Source of the DNA: Acidobacteriota bacterium
GTDB taxonomy: Bacteria > Acidobacteriota > UBA6911 > RPQK01 > JAJDTT01
Length of the DNA stretch: 64,000 bases
Direction of reading: 5' to 3'
Assembly: GCA_965209055.1 (NCBI GenBank)
Contig: OZ242374.1
Location: forward strand, 1,888,001-1,952,000
In this document: piece by piece, positions 45,609 to 55,253 of the stretch
Position numbering within the stretch: the first letter of the stretch is position 1
Layout of the letters: every line of letters starts with the position of its first letter
Translations under genes and position numbers: made by a program
The notes under the pieces: model-generated
The model's database searches: none
What the model saw: only the letters and a program-made list of their open reading frames with translations
What the model was told of the DNA's origin: nothing

Positions 45609-46283
45609 TCATCCGGCCAGGATCCGGCCGCTGCCGCCGCAGGCCCCGGTGATCTCGTCCACGGTCTCGGCCAGAATCCGTTCCACGCCGGAGGAGCCGA
45701 GAGCGCGGGTGGCGCCCACGATGAGCAGCACGTTGGTGGTCCCGGGGGTGATCTTGCTGAACTCGACCTGGCGGACGTCCAACCGGCAGATCAGGCGATT
45801 CCGGGCGTCCACGTACCCGAATTCGCCGCGCCCGAAGGCTTCCGGCTCCCGGCTGCCGAGAGGGACGAAGGTTTCGTCTCCATTCAGGAACCGGAGCTGG
45901 ACCGGCGGGGCGAGACGATCCAGGTCGTGCGCCCCCAGGGAACAGTTCCGCTTGAGACTCACCAGGTTGTACGTATCCACCAGGTTGTTGATGGGGGGAA
46001 TGGCGCCCCGCTTCAGGACCAACTGCACGAGCCTTTCGCAGGACGGCTGCAGCTTACGGGGGTTGACTCCAACCCTTCGGAAGATGGAATGCAGTTCCAC
46101 CATCGGGGCCGACTCGCGAACCGAACGGGGCGTGGGAAAACGGGCCCGGAGATCCGCTGCGATCCGGCGGACCCGCGCCGGGAAGCCGGGCGGCGAGGGG
46201 TGGATCGAGACCCCCCGGAAGAGGATGGCGCGAGAGTGGAGACCCATTTTCCGGCATGACGGGGAGACGGTGAAGAAATCCAT
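45609..46283 (-). CDS. Stand-alone B3/B4-domain (tRNA-editing-like) protein
   Basis: PSCERL, INNLVDTYNLVSL, GAHDLD, GDETFVPLG; start at MDFF. Confidence 0.8.
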   Translation of the reverse strand: MDFFTVSPSCRKMGLHSRAILFRGVSIHPSPPGFPARVRRIAADLRARFPTPRSVRESAPMVELHSIFRRVGVNPRKLQPSCERLVQLVLKRGAIPPINNLVDTYNLVSLKRNCSLGAHDLDRLAPPVQLRFLNGDETFVPLGSREPEAFGRGEFGYVDARNRLICRLDVRQVEFSKITPGTTNVLLIVGATRALGSSGVERILAETVDEITGACGGSGRILAG

Positions 46284-46383
46284 CGTGGATTGATCCGAAG
46301 CCTGGACGAGACGGGTCGCCGTGTCAATCTGCGGGCCGGTTTGACTCACGGCCCGTGCCGCCGTAGTAGACTGACCCGGGAAA

Positions 46384-47574
46384 ATGAACAACGAACGATC
46401 CGGCGACGGCATCGGTCTGGCGTCCAGCGTGTTCCAGGTGAAGCCCTCCCAGATTCGGGAGCTGGGGGAAGTGGCCTTCACCATGGAGGGTGTGCTCCGG
46501 CTCCAATTCGGCGAGTCGGACATGCCCACGCCCGATTTCATCAAGGAGGCGGCAAGCCGGGCCATGGCGGAGGGCTACACGTTCTATTCCGAGAATGCGG
46601 GACTGCCCAGTCTCAGGGAGGCCCTGGCCGAAAAGTATCTCGAGCTCCATGAGGTTCGTCTCGACCCGGCCTCCGAGATCCTGGTGACGGCTTCCGGAGT
46701 CCAGGCCCTCAACCTGTCGATCCGGTGCCTCGTGAATCCGGGGGACGAGGCGCTGCTTCTGACCCCCAACTGGCCCAACGCGGCGGCTATCGTCAGCCTC
46801 TTCAACGGCAACCCCCGGGAAGTACCGTTTCTGGAGCGGGAGGGACGATTCGTCCCCGATTTCGACGCTCTGGAGTCTGCACTGACGCCTCGGACCCGGC
46901 TGCTCATCTACAGTTCGCCCTCCAATCCCCTGGGCTGGGTGGCGTCGCCGAAAGACCAGCGGCGATTGCTGGATTTCTGCCGCCGCAACGGATTGTGGCT
47001 GCTGGCCGACGAGGTCTACGAACGCATCTACTACCAGGGCGGGGCGGCTCCCTCGATCCTGCGGATCGCCGACCGGTCCGACGCGGTGGTGGTGGTCCAA
47101 TCCTTCTCCAAGAGCTACTGCATGACGGGCTGGCGGCTGGGATGGGTGGTCTCACGCCGGGACCTCATTTTCAAAGGCGCCGAGATCAACGAGTTCATCG
47201 TTTCCCACGCCGCTTCCATGATCCAGCGGGCCGGCGAACTGGCGCTCCGCCACCGGGACGACGGGATCCCGCAGATGGTGGAAAAGTTCAGGAAGCGCAA
47301 CCAGTACTGTTTCCAGGCCCTGGCCTCCCTGGACTCGGTCTCGGTGCTGCAACCGGCAGGGGCCTTCTACGTGTTTCCCGCCGTCGAGGGACTGGAGGAT
47401 TCCTTCGCCTTCGCCATGGCGCTTCTCCGCAAGTGCAAGGTGGCGGTGGCTCCGGGAGTGGCCTTCGGCCGGGGCGGCGGCGGATCCTTCCGCATCTGCA
47501 CGGCGCCCGGCTTTTCCGTCCTGGAGCCGGCCATGGAGCGGATCTGCCGTTTCCTCGAGAGAGGCGATTGGTAA
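46384..47574 (+). CDS. PLP-dependent aminotransferase, class I/II
   Basis: SPSNPLG, ADEVY, SFSKSYCMTGWRLG. Confidence 0.92.
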   Translation: MNNERSGDGIGLASSVFQVKPSQIRELGEVAFTMEGVLRLQFGESDMPTPDFIKEAASRAMAEGYTFYSENAGLPSLREALAEKYLELHEVRLDPASEILVTASGVQALNLSIRCLVNPGDEALLLTPNWPNAAAIVSLFNGNPREVPFLEREGRFVPDFDALESALTPRTRLLIYSSPSNPLGWVASPKDQRRLLDFCRRNGLWLLADEVYERIYYQGGAAPSILRIADRSDAVVVVQSFSKSYCMTGWRLGWVVSRRDLIFKGAEINEFIVSHAASMIQRAGELALRHRDDGIPQMVEKFRKRNQYCFQALASLDSVSVLQPAGAFYVFPAVEGLEDSFAFAMALLRKCKVAVAPGVAFGRGGGGSFRICTAPGFSVLEPAMERICRFLERGDW

Positions 47575-47587
47575 CCGGGACTCTTGC

Positions 47588-49204
47588 TCAGTCGACGCGT
47601 CCCACTTCCTCGGCGATGTCCACCACGGCGGCTCCCGGCTCGGATACTGGCGCCGTGGGGCTGAGGGGTGCGATCCGGGCGGCATCCTGCTTCGTCGGCT
47701 CCAGAATCCGCAGCCTCCGCCAGCGGCCGGATTCGAACCGATAGGCCATGGTCACGCCCAGAATGATGATGTACACCGTCGCGGCCACCCAGGGACCCAC
47801 CGATTCGAGTTGGGGATAGTACCGGGTCATGAGCCACCCGCCGACGAGTATGAAGCCCCAGTTGTAGAGGATGGTGACGGCGCTGGGCCAGAGCGTGTCG
47901 CCGGCGCCCCGGAGGGCGCCCGTGTAGATGATCCCGAAGGCGTCGAAGGCCTGGAATACGGCGGCGCAGATCATGAGGGTGGCCCCGATCTCCACGATCT
48001 GCCGGGCCTCGGCAGGGCCCAGATGGAGTCCGCCCACGAAGATGGACACCAGCTCATACCGGAAGAGATAGAAGATGGCTCCGAACAGGGTCATGTAGAT
48101 CAGGCCCACCAGGACTCCCAAGCGGGCCCGGGCGGCCGCCACGTCGGGCCGGTCCGCACCCTTGTAGTTGCCCACCAGTGTGGTCACCGCCACCGACAGG
48201 CCCAGGGCCGGCATGAAGCTGAGGTGGATGTAGGTGATGGAGATCCACCCCGCGGTCTGGTGATACGTCCCGAAGACCCCCACCAGCCGGGTCATGAAGA
48301 TGGACCAGCAGGCCATTTCGTTTCCCACCTGGACGCCTGCCGGGACTCCGATTCGGAGCAGGTCCAGGATGGGGCCCTTCTGCGGTCTCCATTGCCGCCG
48401 GCTCCGCAACTCCCGGTTCATGGAGGGGCCCAGGAACAGGATCACGGGGATCACCGATTCCACCAGCGTGCCGGCGATGGTTCCCAGGGCGGCGCCCGTC
48501 AGTCCCAGGGCGGGCAGGCCCGGGATGCCCGGCAGGCCCCAGCCGGGCGCGCCCAGATGTCCGAAGATGAGCGCGTAGTTCACCGCGACGTTGGTCACGT
48601 TCCCGCAGATGGCCGATACCGTGGCCACCTTGGGTCTTTGCAGGCCGAAGAAATAGTGGTGCAGGGCCCGGCTGATGAGGAGCAGGATCGATCCGGCCAG
48701 GAGAATCTGCGCATATTGGGTCTCCAGGCCGATCAAGGTGTCCAACTGCTCCATTTCCGCCCGCACCGCCGCGAGATCGGCTCCCGAAGCGTTCTCCAAG
48801 CCGATTTGAATCTGGTCCCGTTGAGCGGAGTGGATCAGCGGGAAGAGATACTGGAGCAACAGGGCGTAGGGAAGCATCAGCGCCACCCACATGCCGGCGC
48901 TGAGCCAGAGCGAGGCCCAGCCGTAACGGGGGGCGTCCAGGGCGCGTTTCGCTCCCATGGACTGGCTGACGAAGGTGTTGACCACCGTCAACAGACCCAG
49001 CGTGAAGGCGATGGGCGTAAACGCCCAGACGCCGCCATTGCCTTGGGCGGCCACCTCCACCGGCCCCACCTGCCCCACCATGAGCTTGTCGGCGAACTGC
49101 ATCACCGTGTAGCTGGTCATGGTCAGGACCGTGGGCCAGGCGATGGTCCAGAGCTCGAGCAGGGGCTGGACTGAGGGAGACGGACGGTCGGACGTTTTCG
49201 TCAT
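47588..49204 (-). CDS. MATE family efflux transporter
   Basis: 12-TM pattern; DKLMVGQVG, LIFG...GLTGAALGT, GALRGAGDT. Confidence 0.88.
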   Translation of the reverse strand: MTKTSDRPSPSVQPLLELWTIAWPTVLTMTSYTVMQFADKLMVGQVGPVEVAAQGNGGVWAFTPIAFTLGLLTVVNTFVSQSMGAKRALDAPRYGWASLWLSAGMWVALMLPYALLLQYLFPLIHSAQRDQIQIGLENASGADLAAVRAEMEQLDTLIGLETQYAQILLAGSILLLISRALHHYFFGLQRPKVATVSAICGNVTNVAVNYALIFGHLGAPGWGLPGIPGLPALGLTGAALGTIAGTLVESVIPVILFLGPSMNRELRSRRQWRPQKGPILDLLRIGVPAGVQVGNEMACWSIFMTRLVGVFGTYHQTAGWISITYIHLSFMPALGLSVAVTTLVGNYKGADRPDVAAARARLGVLVGLIYMTLFGAIFYLFRYELVSIFVGGLHLGPAEARQIVEIGATLMICAAVFQAFDAFGIIYTGALRGAGDTLWPSAVTILYNWGFILVGGWLMTRYYPQLESVGPWVAATVYIIILGVTMAYRFESGRWRRLRILEPTKQDAARIAPLSPTAPVSEPGAAVVDIAEEVGRVD

Positions 49205-49266
49205 GAGGAAATCTATACGGGACGGGCGCCGAATCGAAGCCGATAGTCTAACAGCACAGGGAACCA

Positions 49267-49455
49267 GGAGGGACGATTTCCAATCGCCCGGTCTTGCACG
49301 CGTCCCCCGGCAACTCAGGAATCGGCGGTTAGGAAACCGCCGCCCCGAGCGGAAGGGTGATTTCCCAATCGCCCGGTCTTGCACGCGTCCCCCGGCAACT
49401 CGGGAATCGGCGGTTGGGAAACCGCCGCCCCGGTGCGGCGGCTGGAAAGCCGCCG
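49267..49455. repeat. Tandem REPIN array (two ~85-bp units plus an extra palindrome)
   Basis: (GATTTCC(C)AATCGCCCGGTCTTGCACGCGTCCCCCGGCAACTC.GGAATCGGCGGTT.GGAAACCGCCGCCCC) twice, then CGGCGGCTGGAAAGCCGCCG. Confidence 0.88.
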
Positions 49456-49488
49456 AGCCAAAATGGTAGAGTTCGTGGCCGCAACGCC

Positions 49489-51114
49489 ATGGACATCACA
49501 GGACAGAGCGGGCTGACCCTCATCGACTGGCTGATCGTCGTCACGTACGCCTCGTCGACCATCGGCCTGGGCTACTACTTCTCGCGCCGGCAGCGAAGCA
49601 CCAGCGAATACTTCGTGGGCAGCGGGGCCATGAATCCGCTGCTGGTGGGCATCTCCCTTTTCGCCACGCTGCTGAGCACCATCTCCTATCTCTCCATGCC
49701 GGGAGAGACCATCGCCAAGGGGCCCGTGGCCACGGTGGCCAACCTCTGCTCCTATCCCATCGCTTTTCTGGTCGTCTCGGGCCTGTTCCTCCACCTCTAC
49801 ATGCGGCAGCGGGTCACGAGCGCCTACGAGTTGCTGGAGGAACGGCTCGGCCTGGGGATCCGTCTGCTGGGGTCGGTCCTGTTCATCCTCATGCGGCTGG
49901 TCTGGATGTCCCTGCTGGTCTACATCGCGGCCAAGGCCATGACGACCATGTTGGGCGTGGGGGACGAATGGATCCCGCTGGTGGTGCTGGTCACCGGTTT
50001 CGTTTCGGTGATCTACACCTCTCTGGGAGGCCTGGGGGCGGTGGTCATCACCGACTTCCTCCAGTTCACCCTGCTGTTCGGCGGGGCCTGGCTGGTGATC
50101 GGGCTGGTGACCTACGAACTGGGAGGATTCACCTGGTTCCCCACCAGTTGGCAACCCACCTGGGATACGCAACCTCTGTTCAGTTTCGATCCCAGGATGC
50201 GGGTGACGGTCCTGGGCACCATTCTCAGCGCCAGCCTCTGGCAGATCTGCACGGCCGGAGGCGACCAGGTGTCGGTCCAGCGATTCATGGCCACCCGGGA
50301 CGCACGCGCCGCCAAGAAGGCCTACCTGACGCAGATGGGAGCCGGCACCCTTGTGGCCTTCACCCTGGTCCTGGTGGGATTCGCGCTCTTGGGCTACTTC
50401 CAGCAGAGGCCCGACGAGCTTGCCGGTCTGAGTCTGACCACGGACGGAGATCGGATCTTCCCCCGCTTCGTCGCCTTTCACCTGCCGCCGGGAGTCACCG
50501 GCCTCGTGGTTTCGGCCATGTTCGCCGCGGCCATGTCCAGCATCGATTCGGGAGTCAACTCCATTACCGCGGTGATCATGACCGACTTCCTGGACCGGTT
50601 CGGGCTGAAGCCCAAGACGGAGAAGGGGCACGTCCGGTCGGCCCAGATGCTGGCCCTCACCGTGGGGGCCATCGTCGTGGTCGGGAGCACCTTCATCGGC
50701 CAGGTTCCGGGAAACTTCACGGCCATGACCCAGCGCACCACCAACCTGCTGGTGACTCCCATCTTCGGCCTCTTCTTCTTCGCCATGTTCGTTCCTTTCG
50801 CCCGGGCCGCCGGAGTGATCGTGGGCACCATCTACGGGGTCACCACGGCCGTCCTCGTCGCATTCTCCGGAAGCTTCTACGAAGTGATCGCCGCGGGGAC
50901 CGGCTTGGACACCACCGCCATCAGCTTCCAGTGGATCTCTCCGGCCGCACTGGGGGCGAACCTGACCGCGGGCCTCGTGGCCTGCAGGTTCATGAAGCCG
51001 GAGGACTCCCGGCAGCGAATCCTCCTGAAGATGGCCGTCTGTCTGATTCCTCTCCTGGCATTGGCCGGACTCATACTGGGATATCCCTGGATCGACAACG
51101 CCCCGGCTCCATAG
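49489..51114 (+). CDS. Sodium:solute symporter family transporter
   Basis: SLFATLLSTISY, YTSLGGLGAVVITD, DQVSVQRF, AAAMSSIDSGVNS. Confidence 0.92.
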   Translation: MDITGQSGLTLIDWLIVVTYASSTIGLGYYFSRRQRSTSEYFVGSGAMNPLLVGISLFATLLSTISYLSMPGETIAKGPVATVANLCSYPIAFLVVSGLFLHLYMRQRVTSAYELLEERLGLGIRLLGSVLFILMRLVWMSLLVYIAAKAMTTMLGVGDEWIPLVVLVTGFVSVIYTSLGGLGAVVITDFLQFTLLFGGAWLVIGLVTYELGGFTWFPTSWQPTWDTQPLFSFDPRMRVTVLGTILSASLWQICTAGGDQVSVQRFMATRDARAAKKAYLTQMGAGTLVAFTLVLVGFALLGYFQQRPDELAGLSLTTDGDRIFPRFVAFHLPPGVTGLVVSAMFAAAMSSIDSGVNSITAVIMTDFLDRFGLKPKTEKGHVRSAQMLALTVGAIVVVGSTFIGQVPGNFTAMTQRTTNLLVTPIFGLFFFAMFVPFARAAGVIVGTIYGVTTAVLVAFSGSFYEVIAAGTGLDTTAISFQWISPAALGANLTAGLVACRFMKPEDSRQRILLKMAVCLIPLLALAGLILGYPWIDNAPAP

Positions 51115-51142
51115 TCACGGCCCGCATTGGGAGACACGAGAA

Positions 51143-52234
51143 ATGGGCAAGACCTACCGGGCCGCGATCATCGGCGTCGGAGCCATCGCCGACATTCACG
51201 CCATGGCCATGGGCGATCTGGAGCACGTGGACCTCGTGGCCGGTTCCTGCCGGACCGAGGCCAAGGGCAAGGCCTTCGCACAGCGGTTCGGCTGCCGCTG
51301 GTACCGGGACTACCAGGAGCTCCTGGACCAGGCCCGGCCCGACTTCGTCTCCATCGCCACACCCAGCGGGTTTCACCTGGAGCCGCTGGAGGCGTGCGCC
51401 CGGCGCGGCGTCCATGTCCTTTGCGAGAAGCCCCTGGAAATCACCGTCGCGCGCGTGGACCGGATGATCCAGGTGGCCCGGGAGAGCGGGATCCGTCTGG
51501 GAGGCATATTTCCCCAGCGCTTCAACCCGGTGCTGCGGGAGGTTCACGGAGCCGCCTCCCAGGGCCGGTTCGGCGATCTGGCGGTGGTCAACGCCTATGT
51601 GCCCTGGTGGCGTGACGACGCCTACTACGCGCCCGATCGCTGGCAGGGGACGCTGGCACTGGACGGCGGCGGCGCCATGATGAACCAGTCCATTCACGGC
51701 GTCGACGCGGCCCAGTGGCTGGCCTCGGCCGCCATCCCGGATCTTCCGCACGGCGTCAATCCGGTTCGAGAGATCTTCGCCTTCACCGCCAAGCGGGGTC
51801 ACGATCCGGACCTGATCGAGGTGGAGGACACGGCGGTGGCCGTCATGCGTCTTCGCGGCGGGGCACTGGGCCAGTTGCTGGGGGCCACCTCCATGTTTCC
51901 CGGCTCGCTGAAGCGGCTTCAGTTGGCGGGGAGGGGCGGGACCGCGGAAGTGCTGGAGGACGAGCTCGTCACCTGGACCTTCAACCGGGAGCAGGCCGGG
52001 GACGACAGCGTGCGCCGGCGTTTTTCCCAGGAGACCCGCAGCGGCGGGGGAGCCGCCGATCCCATGGCCATCGACTACAGCCTCCACACCGGGAACATCC
52101 GCGGCTTCGTCAACTGGCTGGAGGGGGGCGAGGACTTCATGCTGGACGGATCCGAGTCCCGAAAGGCGGTGGCCATCATCGAAGCCATCTACGAATCGGC
52201 CCGGACCGGCCGTGTCGCGGCCGTAGGGAGCTGA
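51143..52234 (+). CDS. Gfo/Idh/MocA oxidoreductase
   Basis: IIGVGAIA, HVLCEKP, GGGAMMNQSIHGVD. Confidence 0.92.
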   Translation: MGKTYRAAIIGVGAIADIHAMAMGDLEHVDLVAGSCRTEAKGKAFAQRFGCRWYRDYQELLDQARPDFVSIATPSGFHLEPLEACARRGVHVLCEKPLEITVARVDRMIQVARESGIRLGGIFPQRFNPVLREVHGAASQGRFGDLAVVNAYVPWWRDDAYYAPDRWQGTLALDGGGAMMNQSIHGVDAAQWLASAAIPDLPHGVNPVREIFAFTAKRGHDPDLIEVEDTAVAVMRLRGGALGQLLGATSMFPGSLKRLQLAGRGGTAEVLEDELVTWTFNREQAGDDSVRRRFSQETRSGGGAADPMAIDYSLHTGNIRGFVNWLEGGEDFMLDGSESRKAVAIIEAIYESARTGRVAAVGS

Positions 52235-52247
52235 GCGCGAAAAAGGG

Positions 52248-53291
52248 TCAGGCGGTCAACGATTCGACGGCTCGGAGCAGCCCCTTGATGTAGCCGGTGG
52301 CGTAGGCCCGCCCCCGGTGCGACCAGAGGGTGTCGCCGGGCATCTCGGGGACGTGATCGTCGATGATGAATCCTTCGAACCCCATCTCCACCAGCAGTTT
52401 CATGACCTCCACCACGTCCACGTCCCCTTCGTCGATGAAGGTCTCGGTGATGCAGGGCACGGCTCCCCGGACGTTTCGAAAGTGGACATATGCGATCCGG
52501 CCCCGCGCCCCGAAATAGCGCAGGCCCGCGAACATCTCGTCCACACCCATCTCCGCCCAGGTCCCCATGCAGAAGTCCAGCTTGTGGTTGGGTTCGGGGG
52601 CGATCGCCTCCATGGCGCGCCGGAAGCCCTTGAGGTTCCTGAAGATCCGGGCCACCCCTCCCAGGGAGTCCACGGGCGGATCGTCGGGATGGAGCGCCAG
52701 GGTGACCCCCGCCTCCTGCGCGGTGGGCAGGACCGCCCGGATGAAGTACTCGTAGTTGTCCCAGAGTTCCGCTTCGGAGTATTCCCGGTCGAAGCTCAAA
52801 GGAGCGCTTCGGCCCAGCTCGTGGTCGTAGACGCTGGTCCGGGCGCCGCCCCGGGCCGGCTCGCTCTTGGAGGTGCGCCAGACGCTGTTGGCCATCCAGT
52901 GGTAGCCGAGTATGGGGATCCCCGCCCGGCCCAGGTTGCGAATCGTCTCCTGGTAGTTCTCGATCTCCCGGTCCCGTCCCGGAAGACCCAGAATGCACCG
53001 CTGGTAGAAATGGAGGGGGGTGTTCTCGATGCCCTCCAGACGCAGGCCGTACGACTCGATCCGGGTCCGCAGCTGTAGAAGTTCCAGGTAGTCCCAGTGG
53101 GTGGGGGCCTCTTCATCTCCCGGCTTGCTCCAGTAGGTGGACCCGATGGGACTGGAACCGAAAGGAGTCCGCCCGGTGAGATTGGGCGTGTTGAGGATGA
53201 TGCCGCTGCAACCCAGTTGGGCCGCGAAGGTCAGTATGTCGTCGCTGGGGTCCCGGATGCTGCCGGCCGCCACCCGAATTCGTCTCGCCAT
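52248..53291 (-). CDS. uxuA: Mannonate dehydratase family protein
   Basis: LALHPDDPP, DFCMGT, VHFRNV, ETFIDEGD, DHVP. Confidence 0.85.
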   Translation of the reverse strand: MARRIRVAAGSIRDPSDDILTFAAQLGCSGIILNTPNLTGRTPFGSSPIGSTYWSKPGDEEAPTHWDYLELLQLRTRIESYGLRLEGIENTPLHFYQRCILGLPGRDREIENYQETIRNLGRAGIPILGYHWMANSVWRTSKSEPARGGARTSVYDHELGRSAPLSFDREYSEAELWDNYEYFIRAVLPTAQEAGVTLALHPDDPPVDSLGGVARIFRNLKGFRRAMEAIAPEPNHKLDFCMGTWAEMGVDEMFAGLRYFGARGRIAYVHFRNVRGAVPCITETFIDEGDVDVVEVMKLLVEMGFEGFIIDDHVPEMPGDTLWSHRGRAYATGYIKGLLRAVESLTA

Positions 53292-53300
53292 GGCGTGACC

Positions 53301-53765
53301 CTATTCCGGAACGATCTTCCCGAAGTGCAGCCCGCCGCCCTCTCCGTGGCGCCAGACGCCCACGTACTGTTCGTCGTAGAAGAGGACCCGCGCCGTAAAG
53401 GTGCCCAAGCCCGGGATGGCGACCTCGGTCAGGCTCAGGACCGGCGTGTCCCCCGCCCACTCCATCCGCACCGGCACCGGCACCGTGACGTCGCGGCTCC
53501 CGTACTGGATCCGGGCCTGAAAGACCCAGATATCACCGCCCAGCTTCGAGACCTTGGCAACTTCGTACCTTTCCTTCCGCAGTTCCGAGCCTTCGCCGAC
53601 GGTGAAGAATCCCTCCAGCACGACTCCCGACATGGATTGCCGGAATGCTTCTTCCCGCGCCTCCCGCTCCGCCTCGGTTGCGGGGTGTCCGCCTCCGCAA
53701 CCCGGCAGAGCCGCCGCCGCCAGGAAGACCAAAGAAGCCTTCAGGAAAGTAGAACGGGGAAGCAT
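53301..53765 (-). CDS. Hypothetical lipoprotein
   Basis: LPGC lipobox; WAGDTPVLSLT..IPGLGTFTARVLF beta-rich core. Confidence 0.65.
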   Translation of the reverse strand: MLPRSTFLKASLVFLAAAALPGCGGGHPATEAEREAREEAFRQSMSGVVLEGFFTVGEGSELRKERYEVAKVSKLGGDIWVFQARIQYGSRDVTVPVPVRMEWAGDTPVLSLTEVAIPGLGTFTARVLFYDEQYVGVWRHGEGGGLHFGKIVPE

Positions 53766-53832
53766 AAGAGACGCTCCGGTCTGCGGATCAGAACGGCAAT
53801 GATAGCAGCCGGCCGGAAGAATCGCTGGCTAC

Positions 53833-54035
53833 GCGGCGATCACTTCGAATCTCCGGCTCGGGTCCATGCCGGGCAACGTGCGCCTTGACCGTGGAGAAGG
53901 TGGGCTTTCCCGACCCGGTGTCGTCAACGTGTCGCAACTGCGGACCGTCGACAGGAGCCGGTTGGGCCGGCGTGCCGGCCGGCTATCCCGAGCGAGAGTC
54001 CAAGGCGTTCCGGATGGACTGGACCTCCTGTCGGG
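53833..54035 (+). pseudogene. C-terminal half of a PemK/MazF toxin
   Basis: In-frame AAITSNLRLGSMPGNVRLDRGEGGLSRPGVVNVSQLRTVDRSRLGRRAGRLS; stop upstream at 53803; N-terminal RP motif absent. Confidence 0.75.
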
Positions 54036-54068
54036 AACGGAGCCGCCGAATCAGGTTGACAATGCTCC

Positions 54069-55034
54069 CTATTTCCGGGGATGCAAGCCCAGGAACTCGA
54101 AGAAGGCCTTCACTTCCTTCATCTGCTCGTCGGTGTACGATTTCATTGGAGCCCGCAGGTGCCGCTTCGCGAGACCGAAGTGCTCCAGCGCCCCGTGGAA
54201 GAAGGGGACGCTGAAGTTTTCGATGATGGGCACGTCGTACTTCTTCGACATCTCGTAGCATTTCTCCAGGTTCCCGGCCTGGTAGGCCTCCCAGAACTCC
54301 TTGGCGATCCAGGGGGCGATGATGGCGTAGATGTCGAAGTAGGTCTTGGCGCCATAGGGAGCGGCGGCCAGGAAGCGGTAGATGCTGCCGCCGCTGTAGA
54401 CGCGGAGCCGGTCCGCGAACTTGGCTTCCAGGAAGATGTATTCCCGGATGTCGTGCTCCTTCATGGCCACCACGGAGTCGATCTCCAGGAGCTTGCGCCA
54501 GGTCTTGTCCTTGAGGCCCACGTTCTTGACCGAGAGTGCCATGCGCGTGTTGGCGGCGGCGGTCCGGAAGTACTCGACGATGTCCTCCTCCGCCATCCTC
54601 GGCGCCAGCACCTCGACGGCGTCGGCCCCCAACCCCTCGGCGTACCGCAGGTAGTCGATCAACCGGGAATTCCAGAAGTTGTTGGTGCAGACGATGCTGA
54701 TGCCGTGATCGCCCACTGCTTCCACGAAGGTCCGGGTCACGGCCTTGACCTCGTCATAGGAGATCCAGGCGTACTTGGTGTTCCCGCCCGTCATGTTGAA
54801 GATCCGGACGTCGTATCTCATGGCGTTGGAGATCATCTTCCGGATGGCGCCGTGATCCACGTTCCCTTCCGCGTCGAAGGGCAGCACCAGGGAAAAGATG
54901 GGTCCCTCCAGGTGCTCCATGACCTGCCGAGGGGTCAGCGGCTTCTTGATCTTGTCGGGAGCCGCCGGCAGGGAGGGCGTGAGGATCACTGTTGCCAGAA
55001 CCAGGGGCAGGAACGGAGCCTTCAACGAGGACAT
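54069..55034 (-). CDS. Dihydrodipicolinate-synthase (DapA) family lyase/aldolase with signal peptide
   Basis: LPFDAEGNVD, YAEGLGADAV, VVAMKE (Schiff-base Lys), LRAPM; GGAGG SD; hydrophobic leader. Confidence 0.8.
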   Translation of the reverse strand: MSSLKAPFLPLVLATVILTPSLPAAPDKIKKPLTPRQVMEHLEGPIFSLVLPFDAEGNVDHGAIRKMISNAMRYDVRIFNMTGGNTKYAWISYDEVKAVTRTFVEAVGDHGISIVCTNNFWNSRLIDYLRYAEGLGADAVEVLAPRMAEEDIVEYFRTAAANTRMALSVKNVGLKDKTWRKLLEIDSVVAMKEHDIREYIFLEAKFADRLRVYSGGSIYRFLAAAPYGAKTYFDIYAIIAPWIAKEFWEAYQAGNLEKCYEMSKKYDVPIIENFSVPFFHGALEHFGLAKRHLRAPMKSYTDEQMKEVKAFFEFLGLHPRK

Positions 55035-55132
55035 GAGAGCAACCTCCGGTTGGAAACCACGGAAAGGCGGGAGCCGTCTCCCGCGCTGGCCTCATGGTAC
55101 AGCGTCCGCCGCCGGTTGTCTCCAAGGGAGCA

Positions 55133-55157
55133 GGAGGGGGGACAGTCTTGTCCCCCC
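55133..55157. repeat. Single GGAG palindrome (REP)
   Basis: GGAG-GGGGGACA-GTCT-TGTCCCCC. Confidence 0.65.
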
Positions 55158-55253
55158 TTGTTCCCTTCCTCCGGTGGCAGCCTCTTGCGCGAAAGATGCC
55201 GGCCACAAGGGCTGACCCTTCGTTTTTTCGGTCCTGCTAGACTTGTCCAATCC

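Noticed and set aside
49267-49455. Palindromic repeats as a mini-CRISPR
   Set aside because: The intervening sequences are near-identical rather than unique spacers, and they match the dispersed REP family
54081-55253. 761-aa fusion ORF including the DHS domain
   Set aside because: The first half is antisense to the DapA-family gene and crosses a REP; a promoter motif supports a start at 55254
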